A stretch of 64,000 nt of DNA from a bacterium (GTDB lineage Bacteria > Patescibacteriota > Patescibacteriia > Patescibacteriales > UBA12465): contig JAUYNJ010000005.1 in NCBI GenBank assembly GCA_030696105.1, positions 77,678-141,677 on the forward strand, read 5' to 3'. The position numbers and the translations under genes are program-made. Each line of letters starts with the position of its first letter. Positions within the stretch are counted from its first letter, which is position 1. The notes under the pieces were generated by a model. That model was given only the letters and a program-made list of their open reading frames with translations. It made no database searches and was not told where the DNA came from. Shown one piece after another: positions 8,776 through 18,541 of this stretch.

Positions 8776-10008
8776 ATGGATAATGATCATAAGATTTCTT
8801 TAAGTGTTAAACGCATTGGCATCATCTTATTGATGCTTGCTTCATTTGCCGCCGGCTTGTTCTGGTCTGGTCGTAGTGTTGATGGCAGTAAACAGCTCGC
8901 GTATTCACCTGAAGCATTAAAGACAGCTGGGATAAATAACTTTAATTTTAACCTATACTTCGAGGTCTGGGATAAGCTAAAGAGTGATTACGTTGATAAG
9001 AATAAGATTAAGGATGAAGAGATGTTTTATGGCTCACTGCGGGGGCTCGCCGCTTCGGTTAATGACCCTTACACCGTATTCATGGATCCTTCCGAAACCA
9101 AGGAGTTTAACGACGATCTCTCGGGCACCTTTGAGGGCATTGGTGCGGAAGTCGGTATTCGTAATGATTTGGTGACTGTAATTGCACCTCTTGCTGGCAT
9201 GCCGGCTGAAAAGGCTGGAGTGCGTGCGGGGGATAAGATATACGCTATCGACGGTACTAGCACTATCGGTCTGGGTGTGAACGAAGCTGTAAAAAAAATC
9301 CGTGGGCCGAAAGATACTGAGGTTACTTTAACTGTCATCCGTGAAGGGGCTGAAAAACCGATTGATATAAAAATTACTCGCGGATTGATTATTGTTAAGA
9401 GTGTTAAAACAGAGCTACGAAATGATGGCGTCATGGTAATTACCGTTAGCAACTTTAATGACGACACTCTCGATCTTTTTAATGCCGCTATTAAAACAGC
9501 GCTGACAAAGAATCCTAAGGGTCTTGTGCTTGATTTACGTAATAATCCTGGCGGTTATCTCGACACCGCCATTTCCATGGCTAGTGCCTGGGTAAAAGAG
9601 GGTCCGGTGGTAGTAGAGCAATTCGGTGAGGGTAGACGTCAGGAATATTTTGCCGATGGCAACAATAGTTTGGGCGGATTTAAAACCATTGTTTTAATTA
9701 ACGGTGGCAGCGCTTCCGCTTCGGAAATCGTGGCCGGTGCTTTGCGCGACTATAAGAAGGCAACACTTGTTGGCGAACAAACATATGGCAAAGGTTCAGT
9801 GCAAGGCTTACGTGATTTAAGCGACGGCTCCTCTTTAAAGGTAACGGTTGCGAAGTGGCTTACTCCTAGTGGTGATTATATTGACGAAAAGGGGATCGCT
9901 CCTGATATTGAAATAGAATTAACTTCGAAAGATATTGATAATAATCGCGATCCTCAAATGGCAAAAGCGATTGAATTAATACTTAAGCCGCAGGCGGCTG
10001 TTAAATAA
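8776..10008 (+). CDS. S41 carboxy-terminal processing peptidase with PDZ domain
   Basis: N-terminal TM helix, PDZ 'GMPAEKAGVRAGDKIYAIDG', catalytic region 'GGSASASEIVAGALRD...TYGKGSVQ'. Confidence 0.9.
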   Translation: MDNDHKISLSVKRIGIILLMLASFAAGLFWSGRSVDGSKQLAYSPEALKTAGINNFNFNLYFEVWDKLKSDYVDKNKIKDEEMFYGSLRGLAASVNDPYTVFMDPSETKEFNDDLSGTFEGIGAEVGIRNDLVTVIAPLAGMPAEKAGVRAGDKIYAIDGTSTIGLGVNEAVKKIRGPKDTEVTLTVIREGAEKPIDIKITRGLIIVKSVKTELRNDGVMVITVSNFNDDTLDLFNAAIKTALTKNPKGLVLDLRNNPGGYLDTAISMASAWVKEGPVVVEQFGEGRRQEYFADGNNSLGGFKTIVLINGGSASASEIVAGALRDYKKATLVGEQTYGKGSVQGLRDLSDGSSLKVTVAKWLTPSGDYIDEKGIAPDIEIELTSKDIDNNRDPQMAKAIELILKPQAAVK

Positions 10009-10045
10009 TAATCTACCGCCCTTCTGGCGCTAGTCTTTTTCACTT

Positions 10046-11785
10046 ATGCAAACCAAGAAAAAAAAGCTCAAAGCGACTAAGTCTCAAAAACCAAACCCGA
10101 AGTTTATATTTGTTGTTGGCGGTGTGATGTCTGGTGTCGGTAAGGGGATTAGCACCGCCTCTATCGGACAGATTCTGCAGGCTCAAGGATATAACGTTAC
10201 AGCTATTAAGATGGACCCGTATATTAACGTTGATGCGGGCACAATGAACCCAATTGAACACGGGGAAGTGTTTGTGACAGAGGATGGAGACGAAACCGAT
10301 CAGGACTTAGGTAACTATGAGCGTTTTCTTGGCAAAAATATCTACAGGGAAAATTACATGACGACCGGTCGTATTTATCAGACCGTTATTAATCGTGAAA
10401 GAAACCTTGAGTATAAAGGAAAGTGCGTGCAGGTAGTGCCACATATTCCGATGGAAATACGAGACCGCATTGATAAGGCGGTGTTAAAGAGTAATGCCGA
10501 AATAGTTACTATTGAAATCGGCGGCACCGTCGGTGAGTATGAAAACCTTTTGTTTTTAGAGGCGGCGCGTGTAATGAAATTATATAATCCCAAAGATGTT
10601 TTGTTTGTGATGGTTTCATATTTGCCGGTTCCGAATATGATTGGCGAAATGAAAACAAAGCCAACCCAGCATGCTGTGCGTAATTTAAATAGCGCTGGTA
10701 TTCAACCCGATTTCCTTATTGCGCGTAGTGAGCGACCAATTGATCACGCGCGTAAAGAGAAATTAGCGATTCATTGTAATGTTGCGATTGAAGATGTAAT
10801 CGCCGCTCCTGATGCTGACTCAATATACGACATACCCTTAAATTTTGAGAAAGAGAAAATGAGTGAGCGAATTCTCGCCAAACTCGACTTGCCGCTAAGG
10901 CGCAAGCAAATCGACAACTCGGCTTGGAAAAAGTTTGTCTTTGCCACAAAAAATCCTTTAAAAACTGTGAATATCGGTATCGTCGGCAAGTACTTTACGA
11001 CCGGTGATTTTTCACTGACTGACTCTTATATTTCTGTCATTGAGGCTGTAAAGCATGCTGGCGCTGCTAATCGCTGCAAAGTTAAGCTTCATTGGTTGAA
11101 TGCTGAGGATGTTGAGCGCGAGGGCGTTAAAGTATTAAAAGGACTTGATGGGATTATTATTCCTCAGGGTTGGGGCGGTCGCGGTTCAGAAGGGAAGATT
11201 GCGGCTATTCGTTATTGCCGTGAAAACGATGTTCCATATTTCGGCTTATGTTACGGTATGCAGATGGCGGTGATTGAATTTGCTCGTAACGTGGCCGGAC
11301 TGAAGGGTGCCAACTCGGCTGAAGTAGATTCAAAAACACCACATCCCGTTATTCATATCATGCCAGGACAAGAGAAGTTAATTGCCGAGAAGGGGTATGG
11401 TGGGACTATTCGCTTGGGCGGCTGGCCCTGTTTACTTAAAACCGGCACACGATTGAGTGAAGCCTATGCCAAGTATACGAAGAACAAGGTTGTTTCTGAA
11501 AGACATCGTCATCGTTATGAGTTTAACAATGATTATCGCGAACAACTTGAAGGCCTCGGTTTAACTATTGCCGGAACCTCACCTGATAATAAAATTGTTG
11601 AGGCCATAGAGCTAACTGGTCATCGCTTCTTTGTAGGTGTCCAATTTCACCCAGAATACATTTCCAGACCACTGACGCCACATCCTTTGTTCGCTGCTTT
11701 TGTAAAAGCTTGCACGGAGAAACCGGAGAAGAAGACTAAAATAAAGGCTAAGTCTCCTAAACGTTTAGCTCTAGTTAAAGCCTAA
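10046..11785 (+). CDS. pyrG: CTP synthase
   Basis: 'FIFVVGGVMSGVGKGISTASIG', the glutaminase 'GLCYGMQMAVIEFARN', and 'FFVGVQFHPE'. Confidence 0.97.
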   Translation: MQTKKKKLKATKSQKPNPKFIFVVGGVMSGVGKGISTASIGQILQAQGYNVTAIKMDPYINVDAGTMNPIEHGEVFVTEDGDETDQDLGNYERFLGKNIYRENYMTTGRIYQTVINRERNLEYKGKCVQVVPHIPMEIRDRIDKAVLKSNAEIVTIEIGGTVGEYENLLFLEAARVMKLYNPKDVLFVMVSYLPVPNMIGEMKTKPTQHAVRNLNSAGIQPDFLIARSERPIDHARKEKLAIHCNVAIEDVIAAPDADSIYDIPLNFEKEKMSERILAKLDLPLRRKQIDNSAWKKFVFATKNPLKTVNIGIVGKYFTTGDFSLTDSYISVIEAVKHAGAANRCKVKLHWLNAEDVEREGVKVLKGLDGIIIPQGWGGRGSEGKIAAIRYCRENDVPYFGLCYGMQMAVIEFARNVAGLKGANSAEVDSKTPHPVIHIMPGQEKLIAEKGYGGTIRLGGWPCLLKTGTRLSEAYAKYTKNKVVSERHRHRYEFNNDYREQLEGLGLTIAGTSPDNKIVEAIELTGHRFFVGVQFHPEYISRPLTPHPLFAAFVKACTEKPEKKTKIKAKSPKRLALVKA

Positions 11786-11807
11786 ATTAGTTATAATATA
11801 CAAAAAA

Positions 11808-11836
11808 ATAACGCCCCTGAGGGCGTTATTTTATTT
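11808..11836. terminator. bidirectional intrinsic terminator between pyrG (+) and rpmA (-)
   Basis: ataacgccc-ctga-gggcgttat, flanked by an A7 run and tttatttttt. Confidence 0.85.
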
Positions 11837-11853
11837 TTTGAGTCAAGTATAGA

Positions 11854-12129
11854 TTATTGGATGACGCTAACTATTTTTGTAGATTTGAGGGTGCCATCAA
11901 ATTTCTTTAGTTTTTTGGTTGTAAATTTAACTTTTCCATTAGCCACTGCAAAGAGCGTGTCGTCGTTACCGCGACTCACATTCTTACCAGGATGGTACTT
12001 GGTTCCGCGTTGGCGGATGATGATGTTGCCGGCTTTCGCGTCTTGACCGTCCGAGAGCTTAACGCCTAGGCGCTTACTTTCTGAATCACGTCCTAACGAG
12101 GTTGAACCGGCGGCCTTCTTATGTGCCAT
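11854..12129 (-). CDS. rpmA: 50S ribosomal protein L27
   Basis: '[24 protein letters not shown]...[13 protein letters not shown]'. Confidence 0.95.
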   Translation of the reverse strand: MAHKKAAGSTSLGRDSESKRLGVKLSDGQDAKAGNIIIRQRGTKYHPGKNVSRGNDDTLFAVANGKVKFTTKKLKKFDGTLKSTKIVSVIQ

Positions 12130-12214
12130 ACAGATCGGAGAGGCGGAGGCTTTCCTTTAATAAAAAGAAAACGGCCAGCCGCTTTTTCGTTAATGATTAT
12201 TAATCAGTATTGCT

Positions 12215-12243
12215 AATATAACAAAATAATAATAGCTTGTCAA
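12215..12243 (-). promoter_or_regulatory. promoter of rpmA
   Basis: Minus strand reads TTGACA-N17-TATATT. The roughly 78-nt leader contains a gcgg-ctgg-ccgt hairpin followed by a U-run. Confidence 0.55.
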
Positions 12244-12310
12244 CCCAAAAATATGGACCTAAGTGATAGGTATTTGAGCTTGAAAAAACGCTGTTATTTT
12301 TTCACAAACG

Positions 12311-12319
12311 TGTTATAAT
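12311..12319 (+). promoter_or_regulatory. extended -10 promoter candidate for the ferredoxin gene
   Basis: TGtTATAAT, about 77 nt upstream of the ATG at 12396. Confidence 0.4.
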
Positions 12320-12395
12320 CAGATTATAAATATATGAAATTTTAGATAAGGAAGGAGCCGCTCCAGCAGGCTGTTTTTCCGCTAATAAAAATAAT

Positions 12396-12566
12396 ATGGT
12401 AAGAGTTGATCAGGATAAATGTATTGGTTGTGGTCTGTGTGTCGGTATGGCGCCTGAGGTCTTCGTGATGAACGCCGATTATAAGTCTGAAGTTATAAAT
12501 ACGGAGTCGACTGATGCTGCCCGTGAAGCGGCGGCGAGTTGTCCCGTAGATGCGATAATTTTATAA
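12396..12566 (+). CDS. small single-cluster ferredoxin (56 aa; absent from the ORF track because it is under 60 aa)
   Basis: Hand translation gives MVRVDQDKCIGCGLCVGMAPEVFVMNADYKSEVINTESTDAAREAAASCPVDAIIL, carrying the CxxCxxC...CP motif. Confidence 0.75.
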   Translation: MVRVDQDKCIGCGLCVGMAPEVFVMNADYKSEVINTESTDAAREAAASCPVDAIIL

Positions 12567-12568
12567 AT

Positions 12569-13045
12569 ATGGCCGTCGAAAATAATTTAGACAAACCAGT
12601 CATCGCCCCCGCTGAAAACAAACAGGAGAAGGGAAATTTTGAGGTGCAAGCTGAAAATAATCCCGAGAAGCAAGAAGCTCCTGCAACTGACAAGAAAGTT
12701 GAGAAACCAAAAATAGGGGCAGCTGTGAGCACAAATACCGCTACTGTCACCGACGGCGACTATCGGCAGCGTCGCGAAGCGGCGGTCGACTCGATCCTTG
12801 CTGATGGCCTTAATGAGGTTTTTTTGAAAATGACACCAGAGGAACAAAGACGCTTCAAAGCTGAGGGTGAAAAGACCGCCAAGGAGATTAATGGCCTACT
12901 TGATAAAGCAAAAGTTGGCGTTAGTAAAGTAATTAGTTTAATTAAACGCTGGCTCGGTTTAATTCCCGGAGTCAATAAATATTTTTTAGAACAAGAAGCA
13001 AAAATAAAAGCCGATAAGATTTTAAAAATTAAGAAGACTTTATAA
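12569..13045 (+). CDS. hypothetical Lys/Glu-rich protein (158 aa)
   Basis: ATG at 12569 lies 3 nt after the ferredoxin stop. The earlier track start (12539) overlaps the ferredoxin. N-terminus is low-complexity and the C-terminus is helical. The gene ends 3 nt before the next gene. Confidence 0.5.
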   Translation: MAVENNLDKPVIAPAENKQEKGNFEVQAENNPEKQEAPATDKKVEKPKIGAAVSTNTATVTDGDYRQRREAAVDSILADGLNEVFLKMTPEEQRRFKAEGEKTAKEINGLLDKAKVGVSKVISLIKRWLGLIPGVNKYFLEQEAKIKADKILKIKKTL

Positions 13046-13048
13046 ATT

Positions 13049-15625
13049 ATGAGTTCTGATTGGCAAAATATCTTAGAATTTTTGCGTAGTGATTCCGGCG
13101 CTGGAATTGTTGCCCTCTTATTACTATTCGGCGCGATTGCCGCCATGGCAATAATAATTTTTGCTTTCCGTTTTTTTGTACGGCGCTTCGCCATGGATAA
13201 TTCGCATTTTGATCATCAGGTTTTTCTAATCCGTTTACCAAAAGAAAAGCCAAAGGATGAGAATAAAGACACGAGTCTGCAACAAATGCGTGAAGAGATT
13301 GCGGTGGGCGAAACAATATTTTCTAGTATTGGCGGTTTAAAAGCACAACGCGGTTGGATTCCTTGGTTGCTTGGTAGAAATGATCATTTTTCTTTCGAAA
13401 TAGTTGCTAGCAAAGGCAAGATTGCTTTCTATGCGGCAGCTCCGCGTCATCTTTCGCGTTATCTAGAGCAACAAATAACAGCTCATTATCCTGACACTGT
13501 TATTGAAGAGGTCGAAGATTATAATGCCTTCGGCATGAATGGTAAAATTGTCGCGGCGAATATCAGAACTAGAAAAAGCTTTGCCTTGCCCTTACGTACA
13601 TACCAAAAGATGGAAGTTGATCCCTTAAACTCTCTGATTAACATCATGTCGAAGCTCGATGGTGAAGAAAGTATTGCCGTTCAATACGTCGTGCGTAGTG
13701 CCCACGGGTATTGGCATCGTAAAGTGCGTCATATTGTTACGCGTATACAACGTAAGAATTCAGTACGCGATGGGATTCGTACTTCCAGTGTTTTGTGGCG
13801 AATTCTCAGTGTTTTTAGTCAGATTTTTGGATCGATATACGAGTCCGCTGTCAAAGATCAAACACCTGAGACAGTTAAGCGCTTATCGGCCGTTGAAGAG
13901 GAAATTTTAAAATCTATTGAAGAAAAGAATTTACGCGCTGGACTAGATGTAAATATTCGACTTATCGTTACAAGTTCATCGACCGAACGTTCAGCTGCTT
14001 ATTTGGAAAATGTGGCGAGCGTTTTTACTGAATTTAATAATTATAGTTACGGCAATTCTTTTTCTCGCGCGAATAAGTCGAATCAGGAAAGACAAATTAA
14101 TGATTTTATCCATCGTCGCTTTCGCGATGATTTATCATTTTTACTCAACACTGAAGAGTTGACAAGTGTTTTTCATTTGCCTTTAAAACACCTCGAAACG
14201 CCAAATATTATGTGGCTCACAGCTAAGAATGCGCCAGCTCCAGCTGATGTGCCCGCTGAAGGTTTGATGCTTGGTAAGAATGTTTATCGCGGCGTCGATA
14301 AGGATATTCGTATTAAGCGGCAAGACCGTCGTCGTCATACGTATATTATTGGTAAGTCAGGTGTTGGTAAGTCTGTGCTTTTAGCCAACATGGCTATTCA
14401 GGACATTCAAAACGGTGAAGGTGTTTGCGTTCTTGATCCTCATGGTGATTTAATTGAGGATATTCTGCAGCGTATTCCTCCGTCTAGAGCTGAAGATGTT
14501 GTTATTTTTTCACCGGCTGATATGGAGCGCCCACTCGCTTTAAACTTACTTGAGTACGATCCTCGTTATCCGGAGCAAAAAAGTTTTGTCATCAACGAGA
14601 TGATTGGTATTTTTGATAAGCTCTACGACTTAAAGCAGACCGGAGGCCCGATGTTTGAGCAGTATATGCGTAACGCTTTGCTTTTAATTATGGAAGATCC
14701 GGAGAGTGGTTCAACTTTAATGGAAATTCCTAAAGTTTTGTCCGATGAAAATTTCCGACGCTTAAAGCTTTCTCGTTGTAAAAATCGCACGGTTGTTGAT
14801 TTCTGGAAGAAAGAAGCAGAGAAGGCCGGCGGTGACGCTGCTCTTGCTAACATTGTGCCTTACATCACCTCAAAGTTAACCGCCTTCATTTCAAACGACA
14901 TGATGCGCCCAATTATTGGTCAGCAGAAGAGCTCCTTCAATTTCCGTGATTTAATGGATAGACAGAAAATTCTACTTATCGATTTACCAAAAGGTGTGGT
15001 TGGCGAGATGAACGCTTATCTTCTCGGTATGATTGTGGTTGGTAAAATTTTAATGGCCGCTTTGTCACGTACTGATATGCCCGCTGATCAGCGTAAAGAT
15101 TTTTATCTCTATATTGATGAATTTCAAAACTTTACCACTAACTCCATTTGTCAGATTTTATCAGAGGCTCGTAAATATGCCTTAAATTTGGTGATCGCTC
15201 ATCAATATATTGGACAGCTCGTTAAGTCGAATCAATCAAGCGGTTCATCGGAAATTAAAGATGCAGTATTTGGAAACGTCGGCACGATGATAACATTTAA
15301 GATTGGTACCGATGACGCCGAGTTCCTCGTTAAGGAGTTTTCGCCAGTATTTAATGTCTATGATTTATTAAATATTGATAAAGGCACGGCTTATATTAAA
15401 TTACTAGTGGACAATAGTCCGACGCGTCCATTTTCCATGAAAACAATTTGGCCTCTTATTGGCGTTCGTCAGGAAGGTATTTCGCACAAAATTCGTGCTC
15501 TTAGCCGTCTCAAATACGGACAGGATAGATCGGTCGTTGAAGCAGAAATTATCCGCCGCACCGAAACACCAACACCAGCCGCACCGAAGACCTCACCTTT
15601 TATTACCGAAAAACTTGCTGCGTAG
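13049..15625 (+). CDS. membrane-anchored TraD/VirD4/HerA-like P-loop ATPase (858 aa)
   Basis: N-terminal TM helix; Walker A 'IIGKSGVGKSV' followed by 'VLDPHGDL'; Walker B-like 'LYIDEFQNF'. This architecture matches T4SS coupling-protein/DUF87-like ATPases. Confidence 0.7.
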   Translation: MSSDWQNILEFLRSDSGAGIVALLLLFGAIAAMAIIIFAFRFFVRRFAMDNSHFDHQVFLIRLPKEKPKDENKDTSLQQMREEIAVGETIFSSIGGLKAQRGWIPWLLGRNDHFSFEIVASKGKIAFYAAAPRHLSRYLEQQITAHYPDTVIEEVEDYNAFGMNGKIVAANIRTRKSFALPLRTYQKMEVDPLNSLINIMSKLDGEESIAVQYVVRSAHGYWHRKVRHIVTRIQRKNSVRDGIRTSSVLWRILSVFSQIFGSIYESAVKDQTPETVKRLSAVEEEILKSIEEKNLRAGLDVNIRLIVTSSSTERSAAYLENVASVFTEFNNYSYGNSFSRANKSNQERQINDFIHRRFRDDLSFLLNTEELTSVFHLPLKHLETPNIMWLTAKNAPAPADVPAEGLMLGKNVYRGVDKDIRIKRQDRRRHTYIIGKSGVGKSVLLANMAIQDIQNGEGVCVLDPHGDLIEDILQRIPPSRAEDVVIFSPADMERPLALNLLEYDPRYPEQKSFVINEMIGIFDKLYDLKQTGGPMFEQYMRNALLLIMEDPESGSTLMEIPKVLSDENFRRLKLSRCKNRTVVDFWKKEAEKAGGDAALANIVPYITSKLTAFISNDMMRPIIGQQKSSFNFRDLMDRQKILLIDLPKGVVGEMNAYLLGMIVVGKILMAALSRTDMPADQRKDFYLYIDEFQNFTTNSICQILSEARKYALNLVIAHQYIGQLVKSNQSSGSSEIKDAVFGNVGTMITFKIGTDDAEFLVKEFSPVFNVYDLLNIDKGTAYIKLLVDNSPTRPFSMKTIWPLIGVRQEGISHKIRALSRLKYGQDRSVVEAEIIRRTETPTPAAPKTSPFITEKLAA

Positions 15626-15650
15626 TTTTAATTCAATTAATGACCTACAT

Positions 15651-17258
15651 ATGCCCACCCTATACCGTGATTATCGCCCTCAGAAGTTCGCCGACATTCT
15701 CGGACAGAATCATCTGAAAATTACTCTGCAAAATGAACTTGCATCTCAAACCCTGGGACAGGCCTATCTTTTTTGCGGCCCAAGAGCGGTGGGGAAGACT
15801 TCAATGGCGAGAGTGTTAGCGCAGACAGTTAACTGCGAGCGTCGCAAAGAAGGCGAGTCGGAGCCCTGTGGTGAGTGTGCAAGTTGTGAAAGTATTCGTA
15901 AGGGTAATTTCTTAGATGTTATGGAAATTGACGCGGCTTCTAATACCGGCGTCGATAATGTACGTGATAATATTATTTCTTCGGCTCGACTTTCACCCTC
16001 AAGCGGCAAGATGAAAGTTTTCATCATCGATGAAGTTCACATGTTGTCTATTTCTGCTTTTAACGCCTTACTCAAAATTATTGAAGAGCCGCCACGTCAC
16101 ATTTTATTCATCCTGTGCACTACTGAAGCACATAAGGTCCCCGACACTATTATTTCGCGTTGTCAGCGTTTTGATTTTAAACGAATCAGCCCTGCCGAAA
16201 TCGTTAAAAAACTGGCTCGCATTGCTAGTGAAGAAAAAGTTGAAGTTAGTCGTGAAGTATTAGAAGATGTTGCTCGTCAATCAGGCGGGCACTTGCGCGA
16301 TGCTGAAAGTTTATTTGGTCAGGTGTTAGCTCTTGGTGGAGATAAGATTGGCGTCGAAGAAGCTGAGCTTGTATTACCAAGACATCATCATCAAGATGCT
16401 TTATTGCTAATTGAATTAATTCTAAAAAAAGATGCTGGCGGTGCAGTCGCCCTCGTTAATCGCTTAGCAGATGGTGGCGTGAATTTCAAAAGCTTTATAG
16501 AAGAAACTTTAATGATGCTACGAAAAATAATGATTCAGTCTGCCCAGCCTGGTCTAGCTGAAAAGCTCGGACTTGATTTTGGCGAACAACTAGAACTAAG
16601 AGTCGGTGCTCTAGCCACCCAGATGCCTCTACCAGTATGTTTACGCGCCTTACGCCGTTTTCTAGACTTAGCTCAAGAACGCGCCTCCTCTATTCCTCAG
16701 CTTCCTTTAGAGATTGCAGTGGTTGAGTTGTGTCTGTCCGCTGAGCAGACAGTCACAACTCCTACTTCGACTATTAACACTGCTGCTCGTCCTGCTACTG
16801 CTCCTGTGGCCAATAAGAAGGAAGCGCCTAAAACTGAGAAGTCCGGCGCTATGGCGGCCGACTTAAGCGAAGAAGAAGTCATGGCACGTTGGCCTGAAGT
16901 CTTACTGAAGATTAAAAAATACAATCACTCCTTATCATTTGTTTTACAAAATTGTTTGCCGCAAGCGGTGCGTTCGGGCACAATCGCCCTGCGCTTTAAA
17001 TATAAGTTTCATCGCGATCGCATTCTAGATTCTTCAGTGCGCGGTATTATGGAGTCAATTCTCGCTGAAGTGTTCGAGGGGCAGGTGGAGATCGAAGCTA
17101 TCCTCGACGAAAATATAGAGCTTGATTCTCGTCCTGTCGCCTCCTCTTCCGCTTTGCCGCTAACTGCAGAGTCATCGCCGCCCCCAGTACCGGATAAGCC
17201 AGTTGATGGGGTGCTCGGAAGTTTGTTACAGAGTTTTGGCGGGGAAGCAGTATCTTAA
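15651..17258 (+). CDS. dnaX: DNA polymerase III subunit gamma/tau
   Basis: Start at 'MPTLYRDYRPQKFADILGQ'; 'FCGPRAVGKTS' P-loop; Zn module 'CGECASC'; 'IIDEVHML'; 'SRCQRF'. The upstream part of the track ORF overlaps the previous gene. Confidence 0.92.
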   Translation: MPTLYRDYRPQKFADILGQNHLKITLQNELASQTLGQAYLFCGPRAVGKTSMARVLAQTVNCERRKEGESEPCGECASCESIRKGNFLDVMEIDAASNTGVDNVRDNIISSARLSPSSGKMKVFIIDEVHMLSISAFNALLKIIEEPPRHILFILCTTEAHKVPDTIISRCQRFDFKRISPAEIVKKLARIASEEKVEVSREVLEDVARQSGGHLRDAESLFGQVLALGGDKIGVEEAELVLPRHHHQDALLLIELILKKDAGGAVALVNRLADGGVNFKSFIEETLMMLRKIMIQSAQPGLAEKLGLDFGEQLELRVGALATQMPLPVCLRALRRFLDLAQERASSIPQLPLEIAVVELCLSAEQTVTTPTSTINTAARPATAPVANKKEAPKTEKSGAMAADLSEEEVMARWPEVLLKIKKYNHSLSFVLQNCLPQAVRSGTIALRFKYKFHRDRILDSSVRGIMESILAEVFEGQVEIEAILDENIELDSRPVASSSALPLTAESSPPPVPDKPVDGVLGSLLQSFGGEAVS

Positions 17259-17276
17259 TCTTAAAATTTAAATAAT

Positions 17277-18539
17277 ATGTTGGACATCAAATACATCCGT
17301 GATAATCAAGAAGCTGTCGTCGCTGCATTGTCTAAGCGAATGGATAAAAAAAATATTGGTCTGAAAGAGCTCTTAGGACTCGATGATTCTCGTCGCAATC
17401 TTATTAAAGAAGTCGAGGCTTTAAAGGCGGAGCGTAATCAAAGCTCAAAAACTAAACCGAGCCCCGAAACTATTGCGGCCATGAAAACTGTGGGCGAACA
17501 AATTAAGGCACTTGAGGAAGACCTAAACAAGCTAAAAGACGAAATTCAAGATAAAATATCGGCTTTACCTAATTTGCCGGCAGACGATGTTGTGGCTGGC
17601 GGTAAAGAAAATAACGAAGTAATTTATACATATGGCGAGAAGCCGAATCAAAAATTTGAAACTAAGGACCACGTTGCCTTAGCGGAGAGTCTAGGTGTTA
17701 TTGATTATGTGCGGGCCGCGAAAATGTCAGGTGCCGGTTTTTGGTGTTATCGCGGAATGGGCGCATTGTTAGAGTGGGCTCTTATTTCATACTTCATAGC
17801 TTATCACAATAAAAATGGCTATCAGTTTTTAATTCCTCCTTTTCTGCTATCTGAAAAATCAGCCTATACCTCTGGTCATTTACCTAAATTTCGAGATGAA
17901 CTTTTCTGGACACAGGATAAGCTCTGTTTAAATGCCACGAGTGAAATGATGCTTGGTAATTATCATCGTGAAGAAATTTTGCCGACGGAACGTTTACCAT
18001 TAAAATATTTTGCTTACTCACCTTGTTTCCGTCGTGAAGCCGGCAGTTATCGCCAAGAAGAAAGAGGAATGGTTAGGGGTCATCAGTTTAATAAAGTTGA
18101 AATGTTTATTTTCTGTAAAGCGGAAGACTCTTGGGCGATGTTTGATGAGCTTGTTGAAAATGCCAAGGGCTTAGTTGAAGGTCTCGGTTTACATTATCAG
18201 GTGTCTAAACTTGCAGCCGGTGATTGCAGTGCTGCTATGGCTAAGACCTATGATTTAGAAATTTGGTTGCCAAGCATGGGTATTTACAAAGAAGTAAGTA
18301 GTATTTCGAATGCACTTGATTATCAAGCACGTCGTGGTCAAACTCGCTACAAGAATGAAAGTGGCGAGAATGTTTTTGTGCACACGCTTAATGCATCAGG
18401 TTTAGCGACTAGTCGCCTATTGCCAGCTATTCTCGAGCAAAACCAGCAGGAGGATGGTTCCGTGCGTATACCTGACGCTTTACGTCCGTTCATCCCTGGC
18501 GCGCCGGAGTTTATTTATCCTGATAATAATAAAATTTAA
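17277..18539 (+). CDS. serS: serine--tRNA ligase
   Basis: N-terminal coiled-coil arm and class II motifs ('FRREAGS', 'RGHQFNKVEMF', 'TLNASGLATSR'). Confidence 0.95.
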   Translation: MLDIKYIRDNQEAVVAALSKRMDKKNIGLKELLGLDDSRRNLIKEVEALKAERNQSSKTKPSPETIAAMKTVGEQIKALEEDLNKLKDEIQDKISALPNLPADDVVAGGKENNEVIYTYGEKPNQKFETKDHVALAESLGVIDYVRAAKMSGAGFWCYRGMGALLEWALISYFIAYHNKNGYQFLIPPFLLSEKSAYTSGHLPKFRDELFWTQDKLCLNATSEMMLGNYHREEILPTERLPLKYFAYSPCFRREAGSYRQEERGMVRGHQFNKVEMFIFCKAEDSWAMFDELVENAKGLVEGLGLHYQVSKLAAGDCSAAMAKTYDLEIWLPSMGIYKEVSSISNALDYQARRGQTRYKNESGENVFVHTLNASGLATSRLLPAILEQNQQEDGSVRIPDALRPFIPGAPEFIYPDNNKI

Positions 18540-18541
18540 CC

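Noticed and set aside
15459-15650. N-terminal extensions of track ORFs: 607-645, 12539-12568, 15459-15650, 21475-21615, 28738-28800, 34229-34327 and 56752-56802.
   Set aside because: The extensions overlap the preceding gene or intergenic promoter sequences and lack homology-like sequence. Internal ATGs give canonical N-termini such as 'MPTLYRDYRPQKF' for DnaX and a signal peptide for the 33368 protein.
16424-16430. An A7 run in dnaX as a possible programmed -1 frameshift site of the tau/gamma type.
   Set aside because: The -1 frame would stop after about 10 codons at roughly residue 270, inside the clamp-loader core and far upstream of the usual gamma end point. No downstream stimulatory hairpin was seen.
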